A DNA stretch of 63,053 bases, filler included, from Octopus bimaculoides (taxonomy: Eukaryota), in assembly GCF_001194135.2 (NCBI RefSeq). It is 5 parts of 5 records of this genome, joined end to end, with 100 filler letters (N's around TTAATTAATTAA, not from the genome) between each part and the next. Parts side by side here need not be neighbours in the genome. Positions count along the whole stretch, not along the records: positions 44,829 to 56,678 come from NC_068988.1; positions 56,779 to 61,659 come from NC_068982.1; positions 61,760 to 63,053 come from NW_026335527.1; 2 more parts are not named here. One strand, given 5' to 3'. Under the pieces are notes generated by a model. The model was not told the DNA's origin. It did not search any database and was given only the letters and a program-made list of their open reading frames with translations. Within the stretch, counting starts at the first letter, position 1, and each line of letters begins with the position of its first letter. Both the position numbers and the translations under genes were made by a program. Shown piece by piece: positions 52,524 to 63,053 of the stretch.

Positions 52524-55363
52524 TCTGTGGCGCTGACAAACTAAACTAGATAAGAAAAGATAAAGAAAAATACTTCCTGTCATTGCATATGGTCGAAAGA
52601 ATATTATTGGTTAAACGGCTGGGTCGGTTTACGATAAAGAATGATTTACTAGACATCTGCAGGTATCATAGTGTAAAGGGTTTAGACACGACTCAGCAGA
52701 AAAAATCGTCAGCAAAACGTGGGAGAAGTGAATGAGAGAGGATATAAGTATAATTATTAGAAGTTGCAGAGAGAACCTAAATGCAAAACAACATCACAGA
52801 GGAATCGACATAAGCTCAAATGATAAACCGCGATATGGCGAAGAGTTACTGTATATATATATATATNNNNNNNNNNNNNNNNNNNNNNNNNNNNNNNNNN
52901 NNNNNNNNNNNNNNNNNNNNNNNNNNNNNNNNNNNNNNNNNNNNNNNNNNNNNNNNNNNNNNNNNNNNNNNNNNNNNNNNNNNNNNNNNNNNNNNNNNNN
53001 NNNNNNNNNNNNNNNNNNNNNNNNNNNNNNNNNNNNNNNNNNNNNNNNNNNNNNNNNNNNNNNNNNNNNNNNNNNNNNNNNNNNNNNNNNTATATACACA
53101 CATATGGGTCAAGGTATAAAAATCCTGTTCAGATGCATCTATGGACCGTTACTGGTCCCATTTCTCCTCAGTGCCCCTATAAAATTATCCACTGCTGCCG
53201 CCCCTGATGTCATAGGAGAAAGTACTTGCCACTCTGAGAAATAGTGTATTAGAAGAACACAGATGGAATTTCAAAGCAAAGAACTAGTATCAAATATGGC
53301 GTAAACCAATCGTTCCCCGACATTTCTTACCTATGGGTCCTCCGTGATTGCTATTTTAGTGGAGTGGCCCCCCCTCCCATAGCCATTCAATGTTTAAAAA
53401 AGTCCCATTATAATTTTCATAATTAAATATTATTCGAATATAATTTTTTTCAAATATTTCGTGTATTGAAGAAATACACTCAATTTATTGCAGAGAAATC
53501 TTATCGACAAAATCTTTTATGGACCCCAACCTCCCAACCAGGGTTATTTGGATCCTGGTTGAGAAAAACTGGTGTTAGCCTATGCATGAATAACGAAAAA
53601 GTATTCCGTCATTTGCTGACTGGGTGTAGAATATTCTCCCGAAACGTTTATGCTGAATGGCATTAAGATTCACCTTGCTAGAAGCTGGGGGAAATACAAG
53701 GAATACGAGCAGAATAAAATGCAATATTTAAGGGGCGTAGAGTGAATGAAATGGACAGCACTGGGGGACATTGAGAATAACAAATATATACACAAAACCA
53801 ACACGCACACACACACGCACACACACATATATAATATAGTGTAGATATATATATATATATATACTTACATGTATACACACATACACATACATATATATAT
53901 ATATATATAATCGAAATATAAATCAATATATATATATACATATACATATACACACATATATATGCATTAATACATACATGCAAGCATATATACACATATG
54001 TGCATATATATAAATCTAATATACATACACGCATACATTCAAGATAAAATACAAACATATATACAGACATACGTAGTTACATACATACATACATACATAC
54101 ATGCATATATAGATACACACCTACATACAAACACTCACAAATCCACCATACATAGGTATATACATACATGCGTATAAAAACCAGTATGCATATACATATA
54201 CATACATATACACATATATAAATGTGTGAGTGTATATATATATATATATATATATATATCCCAAACCAGTGTAATATAAACACGCGTAGGTGCATGCATA
54301 CAGACACACAAATTATATATATATATATATATATATGCACACAAACCAAATATACATACATACATACATACATTCAGACATGCAAACAAAACCAGAATGC
54401 ATAGATATATGCGTACGAATGTAGTGTGACATCACACTGAAGGTTTACACTTTCACAATCCGAGAACATGAGATAACTACAAATATCTTTTGAAAATAAG
54501 ACACAAAGAAAGCTTTAAACCATCAAAATGCGACGTTGTTTGTATGCCGATTGTATGATGTATTTGTGGAAGACAGTTGGCAGCTACAACACAACAATAT
54601 GCGAACAAGTCCACGTTGTTAAAACAATATACAATGACATTCGTAACGAAAATTGCCACTGGGACAAGATAACCATACAAATTCTTCTGATCATGAGTAT
54701 ATAAGCGTAGGCGTGGCCTTGTGGTCAGTAGTTTCCTTCATAACCACATAGTTCTGGGTTCAGATCTCCTGCATTACATCTTGGGCACAAAGCGTACATG
54801 CACACATTAACTGCTACACACATGCGTTTGCATACACACACACATGTTACACAGCTTCACACACTACAATACATATAGACACGTCCACACACACGCACAC
54901 ATGTATACACAGAGCACACACACATCCTTCCACACAGCAACGTGTTTACTCATACACATACATACAGACACACTCCCATACACACACACACACAAAGAGG
55001 CTCACATAATCTTATGTTTGCTTACACATACATACACACGCACTCGTCCACACGCACGTATACATTCATATGAACCTCGCACTCACACACATACACACAG
55101 AGGTTACTGTAATCTTCCCTTCCATTCAACCCCTTCCTTTTGTCTTTTGTACATTTGGACCAGCCCCACGCGGATAGGAAAGCCTTCTTTTTACTGTCGA
55201 GGGCTTATATGCACCATTATTAGACTATTTTCCTTAGTCATTTGCATGGGGATCGCTATAAACTTTAGGCATATATAAATACTATTATTATTATTTGCAG
55301 GATTGTAAAACACAGCTCCGTATAAAAAAACCATTTGCACCGAAAGCACACACACAAACGCGC

Positions 55364-55858
<495 letters not shown>

Positions 55859-55883
55859 TGTATGTATGTATGTATATATACCA

Positions 55884-56510
55884 AAGAACATTATTATTCG
55901 TAAAAATAATTACGTTAGTGGCCGCAAACATAAAAGACATACAGGTAAAATTAATTAATATTACGAGAGTACTAATAAGCACCTACTTTGCTAAAGATAA
56001 GAGTCAAAACACTCCGGAACCACAGAAGAAGCACTAAATTCAAGCAGGCATGATAGGAAAAAATTTAAATGGATAAGAATTTCGTCTTATCTCCTGCAAA
56101 GGTTGCAGAAGGAATGTCAGTTAATCTGATATCCTAATTTCGAATTTAGCGCCGAAGGCATTCGATTCTCTGCAGCCAGATCTACTTGTAACAATAAGTA
56201 AGATTCACTACTATCATACCTGTGTTCGTTTGAGTACTCAACCACCATTGAAACCAACGAACTATATGGAATTATTCATGAATATATATATATAAGAACA
56301 TTATTATTCATAAAAATAATAACGTTAGTGGCCGCAAGCATAAAAGCCGTATAGGCAAAATTAATAAATATATATAAAATATAAAAATATATTTATATAT
56401 ATATACTAGGGTATTAATAAGCACCTGCTTTGCTAAAGGTAGGAGTTAAAACACCCCGGAGCCACAGAAGAACTGCTAAATTAATACAGGCATGATAGGA
56501 AAAAAATTAT
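55884..56510. repeat. Diverged direct duplication (55884-56067 and 56294-56510)
   Basis: aagaacattattattc...gcatgataggaaaaaa occurs twice. Confidence 0.85.
56220..56261 (-). CDS. Candidate 42-nt exon
   Basis: Acceptor ttccatatag, donor CAG/gtatga; phase 2-2 open (SLVSMVVEYSNEH), compatible with the candidate first exon. Confidence 0.2.
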
Positions 56511-56512
56511 AT

Positions 56513-57222
56513 AAGAAGCTTGCTTCCCAACCACATGGTTCTGGGTTCAGTCCCACTGCGTGGCACATTGGGCAAGTGTCTTCTACTATAGCCTCCGGCC
56601 GACCAAAGCCTTGTGAGTGGATTTGGTAGACGGAGACTGAAGGAAGCCCGTCTTCTATATATATATATATATATATATNNNNNNNNNNNNNNNNNNNNNN
56701 NNNNNNNNNNNNNNNNNNNNNNTTAATTAATTAANNNNNNNNNNNNNNNNNNNNNNNNNNNNNNNNNNNNNNNNNNNNCACACAGAGTGGCTGTGTGGTA
56801 AGTAGCTTGCTTACCAACCACATGGTTCCGGGTTCTGTCCCACTGTTTAGCACCTTGGGTTAGTGTCTTCCACTGCAGCCTCGGGTCGACCAAAGGCTTG
56901 TGGGTGGATTTGATAGACGGAAACTGAAAGAAGCCCTTCACACACATATGTATGTATATATATATATATATACATATATATGTGTATGTGTGCGTGTGTG
57001 TATGTGCGCGCCTTTGTGTTTGCGTTTATCCCCCATCACAGCTTGACAAACGATGTTGGTTTATTTACGACCCGTAACATAGCGGTTCGGCAAAAGCAGC
57101 AGGTGGAATAAGTACCAGGCTTTTAAAAAAAATAAGCACTGGGGTTGATTCATTCGACTATAACCTTTCAAGGCGGTGCCCCAGCATGACCATAGTCTAA
57201 TGACTGAAACATGTATAAGATG
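56513..57222 (+). mobile_element. Two adjacent SINE family A copies separated by an artificial gap
   Basis: 56513-56678 is a 5' part; 56779-57222 is near full length. Confidence 0.85.
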
Positions 57223-57698
57223 AAAACTAGCCCTCCTACACACACACAATCACACACCCATACATACATACATACATACATACATACATACATACATACA
57301 TGCATACATACATACATACATACATACATACTCATACAAACGCACATATTAAGGTAAACGAATGAAATGGCAGCGAAACAGGGTCCTTTCAGGGCAAGTG
57401 AAGACGAAGCTTTATAAAGAAGACTATATAAAGTTTGGGTACATCATTTCTGTGATGGCTGTCAGTAGGATATACAAACCACGAACATGAGAATTCATAC
57501 ATATACATACATACATGATCAGATACCACATATCATATACGCAAACTTATAAGTGCATTTATACACACATACGCGCACGCGTGCACGCACACAGAGGCAC
57601 ATATGTACGTACACACATGCATGCACACACAAGCATACATCAACAACTGCTTCTCAGCTATCATCATTCAAATAAACTCATTTCCCCACTATGCTGTA

Positions 57699-57731
<33 letters not shown>

Positions 57732-57918
57732 CTATGTACATATGCATATATAAACACATACTTATACACACACACACATACTTATACACACACACACACA
57801 CACACAGACATATACGCACACGCGCGCGCACTCAAATATGCATAACCCGCACTTCTCAGTTATCAGCATCCTGCGATCAGAACAACTGACTTCTTACTTT
57901 GGTGTGTGGTATATAAAT

Positions 57919-57963
<45 letters not shown>

Positions 57964-58151
57964 TTTATACATACCTGTCAATACATACATATTTATGTTA
58001 TGTAGCGCTCTCTCTATATTCACACGCACGTACACACACACACATACACTCCCACATGCATGTATGTATTGCTACATAACGTTAATTTGCACACACACAT
58101 ATACACAGGTACATACGGGTGCGCACCTCATATATACATACATATATATAC

Positions 58152-58168
58152 CTGTAAGCCCTCGCCAT
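58152..58168 (-). CDS. Candidate first coding exon (MARAY+)
   Basis: aatATGGCGAGGGCTTACAG/gtatat, 16 nt downstream of an X-box in a CpG-rich patch. Confidence 0.33.
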
Positions 58169-58184
58169 ATTAGCAGCGAGTCTT

Positions 58185-58198
58185 GTTTCCATGGCAAC
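58185..58198. promoter_or_regulatory. RFX X-box motif in a CpG-rich putative promoter
   Basis: GTTTCCATGGCAAC fits GTTNCC-AT-GGNAAC; YY1-like motifs nearby (aatatggcg on minus, caaaatggtggc 58273-58284). Confidence 0.5.
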
Positions 58199-58329
58199 CA
58201 CGTAGACGCTTTCTGAGAATTAGTCCCGTCGGCGAATTGTGTTTTTACCATAAATGATGGCTCCGTGATGAGCAAAATGGTGGCAACTGCTGCCTGTGTG
58301 TGTGTGTGTGTGTGTGTGTGTGATGGGAC

Positions 58330-58877
58330 GTATGTGTGTACATATGTACGTATATATGTACGCATATATGTTTGTGTATGTATGGATATGCATGCATGTG
58401 TGTGCATCACCACCGCACTGTTACAATACATATATCTCTGTATATTTGCGTACATATATACATGTATACATACGTACATACGTACATACATACATACATA
58501 CATACATACACACATACATGCATACACATATGCATACTTATATGCATAAGTACATACATGCATTCATACAAACATACATTCATGCATTAGTATATACATA
58601 CATGCGTGCATCCATACATACATGCATAAATTCATATATACATAAATACATATGTACATATGTACATACATTCATATATGCATACATAAATATGTATACA
58701 CATATATACATACGTACATACATGCATCCATGCATACATACATACATTCATACATAACAATATGTAAACATATATACATACATTCATAACCATATGCATA
58801 CATATATACATACATACATATATATATATACATACATACATACGTACATACATACATACATACATAAATACATACAN
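58330..58877. repeat. Long degenerate (ACAT/GTAT)n array
   Basis: Directly visible. Confidence 0.9.
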
Positions 58878-58990
58878 NNNNNNNNNNNNNNNNNNNNNNN
58901 NNNNNNNNNNNNNNNNNNNNNNNNNNNNNNNNNNNNNNNNNNNNNNNNNNNNNNNNNNNNNNNNNNNNNNNNNNNNNNNNNNNNNNNNNN

Positions 58991-59182
58991 GAACTTGGCA
59001 CATAATCATGGGTAAAATACTGCTAAGCATTTCGTCCAGCTAATATGTGTGTTAATGTAATGATATATGTGCATATGTGTATTAATTTAATGATATATGT
59101 GTGCTAATATAATGCTATATCAATGCGTGAGTGTTGTGTGAATTTCTATGTGTGTATTGTTAGCGAAATGCGTCTTTTGGGA

Positions 59183-59225
<43 letters not shown>

Positions 59226-59905
59226 NNNNNNNNNNCATACGTACATACATACATACATACATAAATACATACATACATGCATACACATAATTTAGTTTAT
59301 TAGTCTGCCGCAGATTTTTGCATGTGTCAGTGTGTTTGTGCATACGTGTGTATGTGCATGCGTGTATGTGTGTTTGTGTGAATATATAAATATTACTACG
59401 TATATGTGTGTGTTTTTGTGTGCCTGTGTATGTGTGCGTATTTGTTAATATATATTTATGTATTATGCGTGTGCCCGTTAATATATAAATAACTTTTGGT
59501 ATGTATGTGTGAGACAATTACCGACAAGTTATGTTTACGTGTGTGTGTGTGCGCATGTATGTACGTGTGTTGATATAATCCTTTCTACTATAGGCACAAG
59601 GCCTGATATTTCGGAGGAGGGGACTAATCGATTACATCGACCCCGGTGTTTCACTGGTACTTAATTTATCGAACCCGAGAGGATGAAAGGCAAAGTTGAC
59701 CTCGGCGGAATTTGAACTTGGCACATAATCATGGGTAAAATACTGCTAAGCATTTCGTCCAGCTAATATGTGTGTTAATGTAATGATATATGTGCATATG
59801 TGTATTAATTTAATGATATATGTGTGCTAATATAATGCTATATCAATGCGTGAGTGTTGTGTGAATTTCTATGTGTGTATTGTTAGCGAAATGCGTCTTT
59901 TGGGA

Positions 59906-59947
<42 letters not shown>
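58991..59947. repeat. Apparently identical ~235-bp direct duplication (58991-59225 and 59714-59947)
   Basis: The first copy is bounded by N gaps on both sides. Confidence 0.85.
59578..59765 (-). mobile_element. SINE family B
   Basis: Reverse complement of 34540-34720. Confidence 0.8.
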
Positions 59948-59957
<10 letters not shown>

Positions 59958-59983
59958 CATCCATCCATCCATCCATCCATCTG

Positions 59984-60048
<65 letters not shown>

Positions 60049-60139
60049 ATGTACGTACGTGTCTGCACGTGTTTATATAGACGTAAATTATACGGTGGAG
60101 CGTATCTATATGACAGTCTATTAGTACATCCATGTATAC

Positions 60140-60211
<72 letters not shown>

Positions 60212-61899
60212 ATGCATATTGCTGTGAATGTCGGTTTGCATGTTTGGTACTGTATATTATTAGTATGTACAGTAACGTATAAATATGTAGCCAGTTTAAG
60301 AACATATAGGTATGTATGCCTCGTATATGTGTGTATGCATATGTTTGTGTTAACATACACAGTGAAGTGTGTGTGTGTGAGTGTGAGTGTTAGTGTAGGT
60401 GTGTGTGTGTGTGTGTTTTACTTTGAACATATACAATGAAGATGAGTGCTGAGGTCATTATGCATTTATGTGTGTGTTTGTAGAAGTGAAATTATGTGCT
60501 TGTGTTGTTATATGTATGTATGTGTGTGTGAGTGTGTGTGTGTGTGTGTGTGTGATTGTGAACATATAGGGTGAAAGTGAAAGTGCGTATGTCTGACAAT
60601 AAATATATAGTTATGTGTGTACCATAATACTTTACTATCTTGTATTTCTTACTGGTTTCAGTCATTTGTTTGCGGCCTTGCTGTAGCACCGCCTTGAAAG
60701 TGTATGTATGAGTGCATTTCTCGATATATTAGTGTATGCGCACGCGCGCGTTTGTGTGTGCATAACTTTGTGCGTATGTGTATGATGACGTGAACATATA
60801 CGGTGAAAGTAAAAGGGTGTACCTCTGTGTGTGTATGTGTGTGTGCATGTGTGCGCGCGTGTACGTGTGTATATGTGTGTGTACGTCACATTATGTTAGT
60901 ATATGTGTGCGTGCTTGTTGGTATGTTTGTGTGTGTGTGTGTGTGTGTATGATGTGTGGAAATCTACATGTTAGTGTGTGGTGTGATGGCGTGAACTTGT
61001 ACGGGAAAGCGCGATCGCGTGTGCGTGTGTATGTGTTTAATTGTGTACGGGTATGTGCATGTATGTGCGTGTGTATGTATGTGTGTAGGTGTGTTATGAC
61101 GTTACAAGGCATTCAACTCTTACGAGAATATCAATTTGTTTCGCTGGTTGTTAAATGTTTGCTTTTTTGCCAGGTAAGCAGCAGACAGGTAGTCATACTT
61201 AGGCAAAACAGACGTCAGAACTTTCTTCTGTACGCCTGCACACACACACACACACACACACAGACACACACACACACACGTACGTCACACACACACACGT
61301 ACCGTCACACATACACACGTGCATGTACCGTCACACACACGCACGCGGGTACCGTCGCGCACACACACAGGCTCAAGCGCAACGCAGACGTTTACGTCGA
61401 TACATACGCTGTTACCGACATACTCCACACATTATGTACGTGGGAGTGAGTGGGTAAGTTTGTGTGCGTATTTGCATATGCGTGTGTGTATGTATGTGCG
61501 TGCTTACACACACACACACACACACACATACTAATATACATACAAGTATACATCTTTGTATGCATATATGCATATGCACATGAGTATGGGGATAGAAATA
61601 TGCGGATATGTGCAAACATTCAAATACATGAGCGTATATATATATATATATATATATATNNNNNNNNNNNNNNNNNNNNNNNNNNNNNNNNNNNNNNNNN
61701 NNNTTAATTAATTAANNNNNNNNNNNNNNNNNNNNNNNNNNNNNNNNNNNNNNNNNNNNTATATATATATATATATATAAGTTCAAAAAAGGAAAAAGAC
61801 AAAAAACAATAACATGAAGACGTGATACGGATAGTGTTACTAGATGCTCGGGAAAGGAAAGAGAGAGANNNNNNNNNNATATATATATATATATATACA

Positions 61900-62075
61900 T
61901 ATGTGTGTGTGTGTGTTCCTTTCTATTTCTCTCAACAAAATCTACTTGCAAGGATTTGGTTGAGCCAGACCTAGGGTAGAAGACACTTGTCCATGGTGCA
62001 GCACAGTGGAACTGAACCCAAGACCACATGGTAGGGCAAGCAAGCATCATAATCGCACAACCACGCATGCACACA
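61900..62075 (-). mobile_element. SINE family A, diverged 5' half
   Basis: Reverse complement of the family A head. Confidence 0.75.
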
Positions 62076-63053
62076 CACACACGTATGTATGTGTGTGTGT
62101 GCATTTAATGTTTATGTACACTAGTGGAAATTAGTATGCTAAATTGCATCCCTGTACGTCAAAAGCTAAACCCAGCTATTCAATAAAATAGAAATTAATA
62201 AAAATTTGTACTCAACTAAAATAAGTGCAGGAGTCGATGCAATCCACCCCCTTCCCCTTTAAAGTCAGTGCTCCAGTATGGCCATGGTCTAGTGGCTGAA
62301 ACCAAAACCAATAAAAGAAAGAACTAATGTATACTACTATTATATTACATTTTATACAGAATCTGTCATGTGTGTTGTTTGTAGAAGGGCAACTTTTGTA
62401 TTGATTAAAGCAACTTATTGATTAAACATGCAGAAAACTTAAACATACATTAACCCTCAGTCCGTTTTCTGTCTAATTCCTNNNNNNNNNNTTTTCTGTC
62501 TAATTCCTTCCTTTATTTTTGTACATGGGAATTTATTTCATAGAAATATGTTACCTCTATGTGTTTATACTCTTGTTCTGTTAAAATGCACATGTATTGA
62601 CCCAGTTTACTTTTTGCTGCTTGAAACACAATCAATCCAGTTTATATAAACACAGCCACAAATATGATATTTCTGTTCTCAACAAAGTGACTGACAGATA
62701 CTGCATGGTTTACCAGAAAAACCAGTGGTTTCTGGTCAATCCTTTTAAATACTGGTTTGAGTCCTTTTAAACCTGTTTGGAGTTGTTTAACATAAAATAT
62801 TGCTCATTTTTCTTTTTTCTTCACAATAAACACTACGGTTTATTTTCAGAAATATTTTAATAATCGTTGATTTGTCTCATAATTTCCTGGTTTTATTCAT
62901 TCACACACACATACATACATCCATAGATACACTCATACATGCATATATAAATACATACATGAAAATGAGACTGTGAAGGTCTAGAAACTTTGATGAGAGA
63001 AACAGGAATTGTGTTATTTCAAACAGCAAGAAACACATTAAAAAAATTGAGAG

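Noticed and set aside
54527-54706. ~59-aa plus-strand ORF in unique DNA
   Set aside because: No recognisable motif or splice support; the length is compatible with chance.
61090-61185. Plus-strand CAG/gtaagc donor as an exon of a divergent gene
   Set aside because: It is embedded in microsatellite, lacks a convincing acceptor, and the peptide is unrecognised.

Overview
AT-rich, gap-ridden eukaryotic scaffold. The SINE families and extreme (CA/TA/AAT/ATCT/ACAT)n density suggest an Octopus-like cephalopod (inference). There are no intact long genes, and most ORFs in the track are microsatellite or N-gap artefacts. Recognisable content: two degenerate Penelope-like retroelements (RT plus C-terminal GIY-YIG); a ~13 kb nest of R4/Dong-type RLE-LINE fragments inserted in (AAT)n; a CR1/L2-type endonuclease fragment; several tRNA-derived SINE families; and a hAT MITE with an 8-bp TSD. 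The most notable signal is nine type I hammerhead ribozyme (HHR) motifs from five sequence families, all with palindromic stem III. Six of them form three divergent (minus copy left, plus copy right) inverted pairs whose members carry different lesions. A CpG-rich patch at 58.15-58.29 kb with a perfect RFX X-box may be the start of a minus-strand, possibly ciliary, gene, but its exon structure is only tentatively visible.
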